From the human T2T-CHM13v2.0 reference genome, Homo sapiens, in assembly GCF_009914755.1 (NCBI RefSeq), contig NC_060942.1: a DNA stretch of 64,000 nucleotides, one strand, 5' to 3'. The notes beneath the pieces are model-generated. The model did not search any database. It saw only the letters and a list, made by a program, of their open reading frames with translations, and was not told where the DNA came from. The position numbers and the translations under genes are program-made. Positions 37,781-50,519 of this stretch are shown here, piece by piece. Every line of letters starts with the position of its first letter. Position 1 is the first letter of the stretch.

Positions 37781-37990
37781 CAGCACTGCCCAGTAGAACT
37801 TCCTGTGATGACAAAAATGTTCTATATCTGTCCAACACAAAAGCCACAAGTCACATGTGGCTGTGGAGCACTTGCAATGTGACTAGTGTGACTAAGAAAC
37901 TGAAAATTTAATTTATTTTTAATTAACATAAATGTAAATAGAAAGAGTCACATGTGGCACTCTCGTAGCTACTGTATTGGCTAGAGTGGC
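37781..37990 (+). mobile_element. MER3 hAT-Charlie MITE
   Basis: cagcactgcccagtagaacttcctgtgatgacaaaaatgttctatatctg...cacatgtggctgtggagcacttgcaatgtgactagtgtgactaagaaactgaa. Confidence 0.88.
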
Positions 37991-37999
37991 TCTAGTATA

Positions 38000-38940
38000 T
38001 GCTGCCAAATCCCACAACTGTTATCTCAGTGCTACAACCCACTTCAACAGCCGCCCAGCAGTTCCTCTCTTCTCTCTGTTGTTTCATTATATGGCCAGTC
38101 TTCACAAAGCTATGGGAGAGATCTTCAAAAATACAAATCAGCTTAGGAAACCCTCCTGTTGATATCCCTCCTGTGATTTATCTTTACATTTGTAATAAAA
38201 TCTAAACTTCTCCTGCAGCCTGAAGGTCCTACCTGATCTGACGCTTGCCTACCTATTTCGCTGTATCTTCTTCCAATCCTCCTACCACTCTGTCCCATAT
38301 TCACCACACTCCAGCCTCACTGGCCTTCCTTCTGTGCCCTGGACACACAAAGGACACCATCAGCTCAGGACTTTGATTTCGTCTCTTTTAAACTTAGAAT
38401 ATTTTCTCCCAGATCTCGCTGTAGCTGGCTGTTCCTTGTCATTTAGATCTCAGTTTGTGTATCAGTTTCTAAGATAATTCTTTCCTGGCCACCCTGCCTA
38501 AAGCAGCTTCCACAATGGGTCCTTCTTCTTAAAATGTATTTATTTTCGTTCTGTTTCATTTTCTTCATAGGACTTAGCACTTTCTGAAATCATCTCATGT
38601 ATATCTATCATATTATATCATATTATATCTTTATCCACTTACCCATCTACTCATCTATATTCATCCATCCATCCATCCATCCGTCTTCTAGTGCTCATAA
38701 CCAAAGGATAGCTGACTAACATAAGGAGAATAAAGGTCTAGATTCTTATTTTTTATCATCCATCTTATCTTTTACCATCTACCTTTTACCTCTGTATCCC
38801 TTCACAAAAAGGTAAGCCCATAACAAAAGAGGATTGGTTTGACTTAGTCACTATTGTAGCCTAAGAGCCTGGAACACTGCCTGGAATGCAGTAAGTGCGC
38901 AACAAATATTTTCTGATAGATAGACTGACTCACTGAATAA
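38000..38940 (+). mobile_element. L2a/b 3' region containing a (CCAT)n tract and a templated insertion
   Basis: ccagcctcactggccttccttctgtgccctggacacac...cctggaacactgcctggaatgcagtaagtgcgcaacaaatattt. Confidence 0.8.
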
Positions 38941-39024
38941 CTACTTATTCATAGTTTGGAACCCTTGGCTGAGGCTCTTGCAAGGACTCCTTCTCACACA
39001 GCACTGGATCCACCAGAAAGGTAC

Positions 39025-39858
39025 TGATATGTCAAAAACTGAGCTCTGACCTTTCCCCAAAAACTGACTCCTCTGCAGTTCTCTCTGTCTTGATTAGTGA
39101 TAGCACCATTCTGGTACTGATTCATGCCAAATACCTCAGTGTCATCACTGACTCCTCACTTTCTCTTACCCCACATCCTATCCATCAGCAACTTTTGGCT
39201 TAGATGACCACTTCTGACTACCTGCACTGCTACCGTCTCACCTAAACCACTAAAATCCCTTCATCTCGTGCCTACATTATGGTAGAGCTCTCTTAACTTC
39301 TCCTACTCCTAACCTTGGACTCTTCATTCTAGCTTCAACAGCATGATTCTGTTAAAACATAAATCAAATTATGCCATTTCTTTATCCAAAACCCTCCAGT
39401 GCCTTTATTTTACTCAGAGTAAAACTCAAAGTTCATTTAGAAAGACCCACAAGTCCTATACCATTGACCCCATCACCTCTTTGATCTCACCTCTAACAAT
39501 GCTTTCTCCTGCTCACTTCTTAACCACACTGGCATCCTTGTGCCAATAAGATGCCAAGCACACCCCATCTTGCTGACTTTTACAGCACTGCCTTTAAAAA
39601 CTAGAAGTCTCTGCCCAAGCCACTCCTATTCTCTTCCCACTTTATTTTTCACTCTAGCACTTAAAGTCTTTTAATATATTACATAATTTTTAAATTGTGT
39701 GATTCATTCCTCATCTGCTTCTCATAGAACATAAACTCTATAAGGGCAGGGGCTTTTACTAACTTGTTTGTTCTATTCACTGCTACAGTTCCTATAACAA
39801 GGCCTGACTCTTAGCAGAATTCAATTCATCTTTGTTGAATGAATGAATGAATGAATGA
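39025..39858 (+). mobile_element. L2a 3' region
   Basis: ctgactcctcactttctcttaccccacatcc...aaaaccctccagtgcc...; (TGAA)n tail gttgaatgaatgaatgaatgaatgag. Confidence 0.85.
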
Positions 39859-40312
39859 GTGGCACATAGCCAGAAATTTAACTTAACTAATTTAAATAGC
39901 TAATGAGATAATTTTCCAGATAAAGTGAGTTTATGTTTTAAATAGATGGAAGTGTCATCAATTGACTAGGATGCTAAAGGATCAACTTACTGAAATACTT
40001 CTGTCCCAAAGTATTGAGGCCACTGAGAGTCCAAGTTGATTGGCTCAGCTACTGATTTTTCAGAGCAGAATATTCTCCTTCACCATTGGCACTTAACACC
40101 GCAAGATCATCAGAACAACTTGGCGAACACAGTATGCCCGTCAGACAACCACAAACACAGGGAGGAGGAGATCTTTGTAAATAAGTCAAGAAAGTGAATA
40201 AAAAATCTCCTCTGTCAGGATTTTCTTGTTAGCATTGTTTACAAACTGCAGGTTCTTTAGAGCTGCTTGCCACCCTAGGAGATGACACCAGGGGGCCAGA
40301 AACTATCAAGGG

Positions 40313-40388
40313 AGTCAGGCGTGGTAGCTCACGCCTGTAATCCCAGCACTTTGGGAGGCCAAGGCCGGCGGATCACAAGGTCAGGAGA
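40313..40388 (+). mobile_element. Alu 5' fragment only (~76 bp; AluSc/AluY-type ggatcacaaggtcaggaga)
   Basis: Left-arm start that stops abruptly; no A-tail or TSD. Confidence 0.9.
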
Positions 40389-41509
40389 CAGAGAGTGGGG
40401 ATGCAAACACCTCAATAAATGAGAGGTCACTTCAAGAGATGGAGGAAAGGCAGCCTGGACCCATAGCTGCATCACTAGCTTTTCCTGTCACCTCAGTTGT
40501 GCCAAAATGCAATACTTAGCTTCAGGCTACTTCAATGATACCAACAATAAAGGGAATGAAAGTGGTATGGTGTCTTCCATTTTAAAATAATAAATCAAGG
40601 ATTCAGAGAGGCCAACTAGTTTTGATATATAAAATTTGCTTAGTACATGTAGTAGAGCAGCCACCAAAAATCTCTCATCACGTCTGTGAATTCCCCACAC
40701 CCCTTACTCACGTCCATAAGTTCTAATGAACTGAAGCTTTCTTATTTTAAGTGAGCATCCAATAAACTATGACTTTCCTTGACTCATCATGCATTTCAGC
40801 TCTCCACTGGTGGGAAAAGAGAGAAGAATCGTTTCCTAGGAGTTGTGATGATCTTGTAAAGAATTTTATGATCCACCCTTTCATGTCTTAAATCTGTGAA
40901 GTACATATATATTGAGTATCTGTCTGCTTTGTGCAAAGACCTAAGCTAGGAATTTGATCTACAAGGAGAAGGGAGAGACAGGACTCTGGTGATAGAGTCC
41001 AACCTGTAAAGAAGTAAAGGCAGAGGGACAGCTGCCTGTGGTTGAACACTTATATTGGAGAGCCATCCTATCTGAGGAGTAGTTTCTAAAGCCAGAAAAT
41101 ATGATTTGAAATCAACATTAGCTTGAAATATCTTAGGAAATACCACAGTGAGAACCAACTTACAACTTTTTAGTAAGTTTATCTCAGCCAGTTTTTCCAC
41201 TAGAGAGATCTTTCCTGGCTGAGTACCAATGAAATGATTGCCTTTTGTTTAGGGGCCTTGAGAATACAAAACAAAACCAAAATGAAAACATGAAAAAAAA
41301 ATGAAAACCCTCAAACACAAAATCCTGGTCAATGTGGGAAGATTTCCACAGAACAAGGGTCACATGCAAACTGAGACTATCTCAGACCAGACACTCATGA
41401 AGGGGAATGAGCTACAGAATCACCATATTTTGTAGCTTAATGTTGATCTTTCTCTATTTTGGCTAAGCCCATATAGTTGAGTTGAAGTCCAATGCCTGAA
41501 TAAGACAAC

Positions 41510-41690
41510 GGGGTGTTACTATGAGTCAGGTGTTTGTATACTTTTCTAATCTTTAAAATTCATATGCAAGATATACATCATTAGCTCCATTTTATAAGTC
41601 AAGGTGATGAGGCATGGAGAGGTTAGATAATGTGGCCAGGGTCACACTGCAAGTAAGTCAAAGTCTGTTATCAGTCCCAGATGGCAAAAT
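41510..41690 (-). mobile_element. MIR
   Basis: catcattagctccattttata...gaggcatggagaggttagataatgtggccagggtcacactgcaagtaagt. Confidence 0.7.
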
Positions 41691-41782
41691 AAAATTGGAT
41701 AAGTTTAGGATAGTCTAACAAAAGTATTTTCAAAGTGTGTGCAGGTTGCAGTGAGCTACAGCAGATAGTGCAATATCTTGGT

Positions 41783-42100
41783 GTTACCCCACTAAGCCTG
41801 AAGAAGAGAGGGGAGGCATAAGGAGAATGTGCAGAGCACCACTGATTGGGACCATGGTTCCCTTGACGGATGCAGATAACCCAGGTGAATAGGCAGGGAG
41901 GGAGCCAGGGGAATAAATATTCTCCAACTTCTTTCCATTCTCTGTCTCCTCTCTCTCACTGCAAGGTTCCTCATTAACTGAACCCTTCAGGAAGCAGAGG
42001 ACAAAAAAACCTTTTGATATAGTCTGTGCTGTCAGCCTTCTGGGACACTGAAGAGGGTGCATGGTGAGTCAGGAGCAGTGAGTGGAAGCTATCCAGCACA
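41783..42100 (-). mobile_element. LTR33-like ERVL LTR fragment
   Basis: gggagccaggggaataaatattc...ctgaacccttcaggaagcagaggacaa...gtcagccttctggg...tatccagcaca. Confidence 0.7.
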
Positions 42101-44086
42101 GTTCTCTGCCAGATAGTAAGTCATTCCTTCAAGTGAATGACAGCAGCGTTTTCCTCATCTTTATATTTCACAGAACAATGTCTGTCATATTATAAACTAA
42201 CAATTTAAGAATGCAATAATACCCTGTCTTTCTTTCCCTTTCTGTTCTGTCTCCAAGATGAGAGGTCAAAAGCAAAAGATGATATTAACAGTCAACTGTG
42301 GGCTGCTAGTGGTTGTCTAATAAGAGAAACTGTTGTGCTCCTCTCCGCCCCCACCACAGTTTGCGTGGCTCGAGTGGAGAACACGCTAGAATGGGATTCC
42401 CTCTGGTAAAGACTCCATGTTCCTTGCCCTTTTGCAGTTGGCCTGGAGGCTGGGAACAGGGAGGATAAGTGTTTCTTTTTCTGGGGATGCTTCCAAGCCA
42501 TTTTGTGGAGCATCAGCAACTTTAGTTTGGGTCAAGACCAAAGTTTGAGAACCAAGCTATTCAGTGAAATTCTTTACAAGATGTTGGAGGAAAAAAAAAA
42601 AAAGCACTATTTTTCAAGGGATCAAAATTGTTGTGGAAGCACTTCAGGTTGAATCATACTCATGAGAAAATGTTGCAGAAGAGGACTGCGTATCTGTTTC
42701 TTCAATTAGTACTTACTCACTGTCTATCAAGTTCTCTAGTACCAAAAACAATCAGCTAGAGAGAACATTAAGGAATGAATAGACACTAGTTTAAAAGCTA
42801 CAACTAAGAACTTTTTTTTTCTTCTCAAAGCCCTTCCCAAAAATCCAGTGTCTCAAAAACTGGTCACTTATGCTCTGAGGAGGTTGTTTTGCTCCACTTG
42901 GAGTATTTGTTTCTGACAAACCTTTCATATGGTGTTGATGGTCTTTTAACCACAAGCAGCTGGGATCTCACTATTCATTAAAATTTCTCCGGGCACATTT
43001 GCAGAAGAAGAGAATGTGTAATGAAATCTTCAGGCTTAAAGGTCCCAGAGAGGTCATCTGGTATGTCCCCTGTCTTTTTGTACTCACTCTTTCCCAAAGT
43101 AGTTGATAGGAATCCTCCTGAGGGTGAGAGCTTTGAAGAAGAAAAATAATCCTCTCTTCCAACTTGCCTTGTCTTGCTGCAAGAAAGCAGCCTGCTTCCT
43201 TTGAATCTTGTGCCTGTTCAGAATTAAAAATGGAAAGTACAATAGTTTAATACATTTTATGACCTTCATGTTTTATTAAATTTCATAAAGGCGTTCCATT
43301 CAAAAGAGGGTCAGATTTTAAATTAAGGCTGTACAACAAATATTTAAATTCAGATTTAATAAAAAAGTTATTGTGTATTTATGCAATCGCAATTGATTAT
43401 AAAAGACTTAGGTATTGAAATTTTAAAAGGGTAATAGATATTGCAAATGGATAATAATGTTTAACAGGACACTGAATTTGGTATTTATCTGATCTATTTT
43501 AGGTACATTTTGAAAATTTATGGAACAATGGTAATTGTTTTTTAGATACAAGTGCTTCACACATAGAAGGGGCATAATAAATATTGATTGAAAGAATGCA
43601 CAGATTATATGAGTAAAAAAATTTGCAAACTTTATGATGTCTTGTGTTATGAGAACTAATACACTTTAATTAATTCAATGTGACAAAATTTCATAGGGAG
43701 TGTAATTTGTTCTAGCATTGCGCCAAGCTTTGAAGGAGCTATGTGAAATGTTCATGAGAGAGGCTGCATCCTTAAGAAGGGGAGCATTGAGATGAAGAGG
43801 CATGATCTATATAGACATAAAACACTGTGGAAATAAGAAAAAGAGACACTTGGCTCTGTTGCAGCTCTCAGGGGAGCTGGAATGGTGAGATAAGATACTA
43901 CGGAAGTGAAATTGAGGCAGGTATTGAGTAACTTCCAAAGGGGTGTATAATATGCTCTCCCATTTTATCAAAACAAGCATTTAAAAATTGTCAAAGGATT
44001 TGCCAAGGATTCTCAGTAAAGCAGTATCTAAAGGCTATTTAAAGAAATCAAACTTCCTCCCTCATGCCAGTATTTCTCTCTATGGA

Positions 44087-45435
44087 AATTTTCTTTTCAG
44101 TTATATTTCCAGAAGTTTGACTCTATAGTGCCTGGATATAACATTTTTGTGTTTTTACCACTTATGGCTTACTGAGCTTCTTAAATATGTGGGTTAGTGT
44201 CTTTCATCAGTATTGGAAAGTTCTTGAGCTTTTCCCCCTCAAATACTATTTCTTTCCTGTTCTCTTAAGAATACAATTACATGCATATTCAATGGCTTCA
44301 TTCATCTCACATATTCCCTTCTGTTTTGTTCTTTTTACTCTTCCCATGTTTTGGTTCAGGTATTTTCCCGTAACCTCTCTTGAGATTCAATAATCCTATC
44401 CTCTGTTGTGTCCAGTCTGCTGTTAAACACGTGCAATTTCTGATATTATATTTGTACTCCTAGAATGTTCATTTAATGACTTCTTAGTAGATTCTTACTC
44501 GCTACTGAAATATTTTATCTGTTTATCTATCCCACCCATTTTTTCACTCTATTTTCTTCAACATAGTTTTTTGGAAGTCCTTGTTTGTTAATTCCAACAC
44601 CTAGATTTTCTCTGCATTTTATTCTGCTAACTCGTCTTATCTCTTTATTGTGAGTCACTTTTTCTGTTTGATTTTATGTCTAGTAAATTTTGATGGTATA
44701 GTGGACATTGTCTATAATGCAGTGCAGAGGTTTTAGATTATGTTATCTTCTAAGGCAAATTGAATTTTATTCTGGCAGGTCGTTAATTACTGGTGAACCC
44801 CTTTGATTCTTTTCAAGCCTAGTAAAAGTTTTGTAGAACAGAGCTATTTCTGTTTTTTTTTTTTTTAAATTATTATTCTCAGGCACAGCCCTTACTTTTA
44901 TAGAATGGCCATTTTAGAACCTTTAACTGGTGAGGGTGTTGCTCAAGGTACTGCTACACTGGCTGCCATCTGCGGGGCTTCTGGAATCACTGGTCAGCTC
45001 TCAACCTCTCAGCACCTGCTATCTCTAGGCTTCCTATAGTCTCATGCTGTACTTGCACAGGCAAGGAGTCGGTCTAGGGTGTGATGCATATTTCCATACA
45101 GACTTTTGAGATGCTCCTTCTCTGGCAATATACCTTCAAAAGTCCAGTTACCTTAGCAGGCCCAAACTCTAATTTTGCTTCCTTTGGCCATTAAGATCAC
45201 TTAAGCATTTATTGGGCCCCTCTTTCATGCATCAAATCCCAAAAGAGTCATTGGGAGAAAGTCTGAGTGAATCTGGCTATCATCTCCTATGCCTGCTTCT
45301 CTTAAAGAATACACCATTTTATTTGGTTGTTCTCTGATATCTGTAAACAAATGATTTGATATAATTTATACAGGTTTTATAGTTTTCTGATGGGCAGGAG
45401 AATATAGTACCAGTTACTCCATCATGGCCAGAGTC
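44087..45435 (-). mobile_element. Ancient L1M (L1ME/L1M4) 5' end and ORF1 region
   Basis: actgagcttcttaaatatgtggg...tccagtctgctgttaaac...; ends cagttactccatcatggccagagtc (L1M 5' terminus in antisense). Confidence 0.7.
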
Positions 45436-45459
45436 TCCCTACTAAAGAGAAGTTCAAAC

Positions 45460-45665
45460 TCATTTATACACATGCATAATATGCAGGTTTAGTTGTATTC
45501 TCACATACATATGTGTGTATGCATATGCATATATGCATTCAGGTTTTCTTGTGTGTGTAGATATGCACACACATATGAATGAACATATATCTACATGCAT
45601 ACAGGTTTACTTATAAATATACACAATGTATGAGGATAATTATGTACACACAAACATGAATGCAA
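45460..45665 (+). repeat. Degenerate (CATA/TATG) purine-pyrimidine low-complexity tract
   Basis: Read directly from sequence. Confidence 0.7.
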
Positions 45666-46879
45666 TTGAGGGTTAATTCATGCAGGCAGAGTTAGCTTTG
45701 TGTGGTTAGAAGGTAGAGATTTTCCTCCCCACTCCTGGGTAGTCTATTGGAGAGATATTTTGTTAATTGAGGATTTTCTTGAGGGTTAGTTCACCAGTCA
45801 TTGACTCCTTACTGTGAATTCCTTGAAATACTCTCCCCTTCTAGCTAGGTCCCAACAAGGGTAAAGGCTAGAACTGCTGTTCCAAAACAGGTCTCTGCAT
45901 TCCCCTTCCAGTGCTCCTCCTGCTGCGCCAAATTGTCTGTCTCAAGAAGGAATTGGTTTTTTCTGCTATTCTTCACTCCGCAGATACATAGTTCTTTGCT
46001 GCACTAAGCATTGACTACTAATGGAGATGTTCTAGGCAGCACTCTGGAGATTCCACTCTGTCCCTCTGCCTTAGTTTCAGGAATAAGCTTTAGCAAGTTT
46101 TGTTTTAATTCTTTCTCAAAACAGAAGAGCCTATTATTCACTCAAGCAGGGTGAAGAATAAAAAGAAAAAGTAACATTTAGCCAGAAGGAAAGGCTGGAA
46201 TTAAGTAGAAAAGGAACCACAGCCCTGAGCGACTTTTCAGTTCAGAGGCTTTTATTTCTTATCCTCCCTGTTCTCTATATCTGATCTTGTCCCAGTAATG
46301 GTAGCATTCAGGCCTTCTCAGTATTCTTCCCATTCTGTCTTCTAACCCTCAATTCCCAATAAAACCTCAATTTGAGGTGAGAATAACCAGTGATATTAAG
46401 CTGAAATCTGCTCCCCTTGAAGACACTTGCATCTCAGCAAAGGATCTTCTCCTTGAGCTAAAGAAACAAAATTCCAAAGGCGGCATTTCTAGCATTAGAG
46501 AGTAAGTGAAGGAGGATTGGGCCAAAGCTTAGGGAGAGGCGGGAAAGTCTTTGTGCATCTCGGAAGTCATTCTCCATGGTGGAATCCTTGGCGACTAATA
46601 ACACAAGATTGATAAAATCCTGACATTCTACTCTGAGTCTAGGTCCATTGGAGATGATGCTATTTTCAATCCCAGAGGGAAGGAGGATTATATAAAGGGA
46701 CTTTGTGAAATGAAGAGAAAAAGAAACTCCCTGAGGTGCTCATTCTTTGTTTTTTTAATTTAAAAGCTGATAAAATGATTAGTCTGATCTAAGTTTAACA
46801 AAATTATTTATACATCCTAGAAAGTGTTTACACATCCTAGAAAGCTGTATGGTAAGAAAAAATTAATGTATTTAATTCT

Positions 46880-47420
46880 TACAGCAGTCAAATTTGTCTT
46901 TTAAATATGTGAATCATATCATGCCTTATCACAGCTTAAAAGCCTCCAAAGTCTTCCTGTTGCATGAAGACTGGACTAGCAGCAACTGGTGATCTGGTCT
47001 CTGTCTTCTTCCTCTCCATCTCCAAGCTCCAATCATGCTGACCTTTCTGTTTGGAAGCCCAGCTTGTTTCTGCCTTGGAAATCTCACTTTTTGTTTTCAT
47101 TTGAAGAAAGAGCCTGAACAGCTCTTCCCTCAGATCTTTGCTTCTCCTTGTTATTCAAGATTCACTTCCAATGTCATCTTAGGTTTCCATAACCCTTCAT
47201 GCTCCATTACATTCTCAGATTGCATTTTTCTTCAGCAACAATCTTGATTTTTGTGCAGTCATGGTCTAAGCCCTTTCTTCCCCATGAGAATGCTCTCTTT
47301 GAGGGTGGGGTCCCATTTTTTTCTCCTCTCAAGTATATGTTTGATTGGCAGAACAGCTACTGGCTTAGAGCAGGTTTTTAGTAAAGTGTGTGAAATGAAG
47401 GAATTAATGAATCAGTGAAC
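46880..47420 (+). mobile_element. L2 3' region
   Basis: gcttaaaagcctccaaagtcttcctgttgc...; terminal gtaaagtgtgtgaaatgaaggaattaatgaatc. Confidence 0.65.
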
Positions 47421-47879
47421 AAATAGTTCATTCCAATAGGCTTACAAGAATTGCATTCATAGTCATAAAATGCCTAAACCGAGAAGCCCACGGAAAGGCT
47501 CTCACGTACTTTTCACTTAATGCAGCTCCTACCCCTCCTTCAGCATTTTGATAGCTGCTTCTGCTTAAAACAACAGCTTTATGCAACAGCTCATCTTGCT
47601 CAGACAGCCTTCTTAGTCCCACACTCAGTGTGTGTTGACTTTCATTTACTGCACAGTTTTAACATGTTCATCTGGTTTCCACGTCCTTAGGAGACCTACA
47701 GCACCAGATTAGGAAAGGGAGGGGACTGTCACTGAGAGGAAGATGAGACATCTCATAGTTGACAGTGGAAGAAAAAGACAAAACTCTCTGAAGAACTCAT
47801 AACCTGGAAGCTGCACCCATTTAGTTAAGGAAATAGTTGAGTGCATTTAGTAACTGAAAAGCACCATAATATACATAAG

Positions 47880-48150
47880 GGGAGTACTATAAGAACCTAG
47901 ACATTGTCACTGAACTGATCTGGGTTCAAGTTCACATTAGTAAAGTGGCTTCAGATAACAAAGTTTACAAGCCCCCAATTGCTCCTTTGTACATTAGAGA
48001 AATAAGTCTTGTCCTGAGAGATACTGTAAGGAGTGATAGAATCTTTGTACAATACTTAGCCTTCTGTACTGCCATGAAGTAAACCTTCAATAAATGTGAA
48101 CTACTCTTATTACAACCTTCAATAAATGTGAACTACTCTTATTACAATAA
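47880..48150 (+). mobile_element. MIR with a 32-bp tandem duplication at its 3' end
   Basis: gatctgggttcaagttc...gtaaaccttcaataaatgtgaactact. Confidence 0.6.
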
Positions 48151-49564
48151 CGCTCATTTTGATGGCCTTATATTATAGATAAAAGGATAAATTCTGTGCA
48201 GTAAATTTTATGAATACCCAATGCTATTACTTTTTAGATTTTAGTATAAAATAAATAAAACTTCACACATTCAAACGACCTGACACAATTCATGTTAATA
48301 CTAATATGTTTTATTTTAATTAATTTTATATTTTATGAACCCCTTTCATAGATATTCTCTCATTTGATGATTCACAGCTGCTTATTCAATGAACAATGTA
48401 AAGCTCTAGCAATATTTTGTAATAAAAGTTACCTGTATTCCGGTTCAAGAAACAGCTGCATCTCTTCAGTCTTAATGTTTGGTTTGGCTGAATCAGACTT
48501 CCTATGCCAGAAAGTACAGAACCAATTTGTTCTCTTAAAAGCTCAAATGTTAAAGGTAGGGAAGAAAGGTCTTTATCTTTAAAAGGCAGCTTGGAGATAT
48601 CAGTTAAATTTGCTGCCACCCACAGATGCTTAACCTGGAGAAATCAGAAATAATGGAGGATTAAAGATTATGTGCCTACAGTAATTTTGGAAAATGAAGG
48701 AGTCCCTCAGGTAGAAACATGATCCATTAGCCCAAAGCTTTTCAAGTTACAGCCTATAAATATTTGAAGTGTTTAACTTCTAAGGAGGCAAAGGAATTAC
48801 TCAACCTAGTACAAGGAGAGGTGATGAGGAGTAATGGGATGACATTAACAAAGAGAACATTTCCTCAACAGAGGGGAACAGATAACTTAAAGGCTTTGCT
48901 TAAAATGGAGACTCTGTGACTTCGAAGAGTTGAAGCAATATGGCACTTTATGATTAGACCTGATGGCTGAGTCCCATTTTCAGTTCCTGTGGCTGGTCAC
49001 CTGCTCAGAGTTCATGGAGTGATTTTTTAATGGTTCACTCAGCACCTTTTAGCTTGGATTTAGGTGAACTAGTATGAAAGAAGAAGAGTCAGAATGAGTA
49101 GAAATGTTGATGCTTTGTAGGACATTGACATCCACTTTTGCTGTTTTTCTTATTCAACACTGCCTATTGACTACACCCCATGTTACCATGATTGCCTGTT
49201 TCCTTGATGGTTTTTAATGATGACTGAATAAGGAAAGGAAAAGACAAGAGGCAGGGACTGGAGGAGAAAGGTGAATATGAAACTGGCTGTCATACACATG
49301 TAATCATTGATGAATATTCAACATTACCCTGAACAACTAGCACACAGGCAACTGTTTCTATTTGTAAATATATACTTCTTTCTGGTTCCCTTTGTTGACT
49401 CTTTATCAGCAAGCCTGCTTTCTATATTATTAAATACAAGAAGAGAAGAAAACAAATATAAATAATGAAAGAACCAGAGTTGAAATATTTATGTCCTCCA
49501 ATGTATCAATTTTGAAGTCAATAATGAGGCTTTAAAATATTTAGATGATGCCAATGCAGTTTAA

Positions 49565-49845
49565 AAAATATTGTAGGATTCCATTTATATGAGGTATCCA
49601 AAATAGGCAAACTCATGGAGACACAAAGTGTAATAAAGGTTAGCAGAGGCAGGTGGAGAGGGCACTAGGAGTTATTGCTTAATAGATACAGAGTTTCTGT
49701 TTGAGATGATGAAAAAGTTCTGGAGATGAATGAGGGTGGTGATGGTTGCATCATAAGAATATACTTAATGCCACTAAATTGTGTACTTAAAAATAGTTAA
49801 AGTGGTGAATTTTATATTCTGTGTTAACACAGTTTTAATAAAGTT
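49565..49845 (+). mobile_element. L1MB3-5 3' fragment
   Basis: gattccatttatatgaggtatccaaaataggcaaactcat...cagagtttctgtttgagatgatgaaaaagttctggagatg...cttaatgccactaaattgt. Confidence 0.85.
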
Positions 49846-50519
49846 TTTCTTAAATTTTTGAATGTTAAATCTGAAGTCAAGGGATTCATTATAACTGAAT
49901 TGCTAGCTATAGGACATTTTTTCAAGAGAAGACGGTTTTCACACTCCCTAGACATCCGAATCATTTCCTAACACCTTGTTTCCCCATTACCACTAGCAAT
50001 AACTTTCTAAAATTTAAGTTAATCTTTAAGATTAAATGCTAATATTTATTAGCCACATATTGATGATTTGAATTTATGGCATATTATAATTTGTGATAAG
50101 ATAAAATTTATTCATTTACTAATTCAGGCAACAAACACATTTTAGCACCTGCTGGTCAAGACTTTAGGTAGTAAATGAGCGTGATATATATAAAGATTGG
50201 TGATATTAGTCTCTACTTTTAATGAGCCTAATATCTATCAGAAAACTAAGACATGTATTTCAACAATTGAAAAAAAAGTAGAAGTTAATATATGTTGAAG
50301 ATACTGCAGCTGTATTTAAATTAATATATTGTAATGAATAGTTTCACAGTTTGGAAAACATACTTGCATAAAAGGAGGAGGATTTGTTTTAACATCGCAT
50401 CTTCATGAGGGCTAACATTTCATCCAGGTCATAGAAGATGGCAGCATATTAATTCCCATTTTGTAAATTACAAACACTTCACATAGCTATGTACAATCTA
50501 ACAGTTTGGAAGGCTTATA

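Noticed and set aside
42290-43070. MER5-like termini (aaagtttgagaacc; ccagtgtctcaaaaactgg) and XRE/GC-box motifs
   Set aside because: Too short or diverged to assign; single motifs are expected by chance
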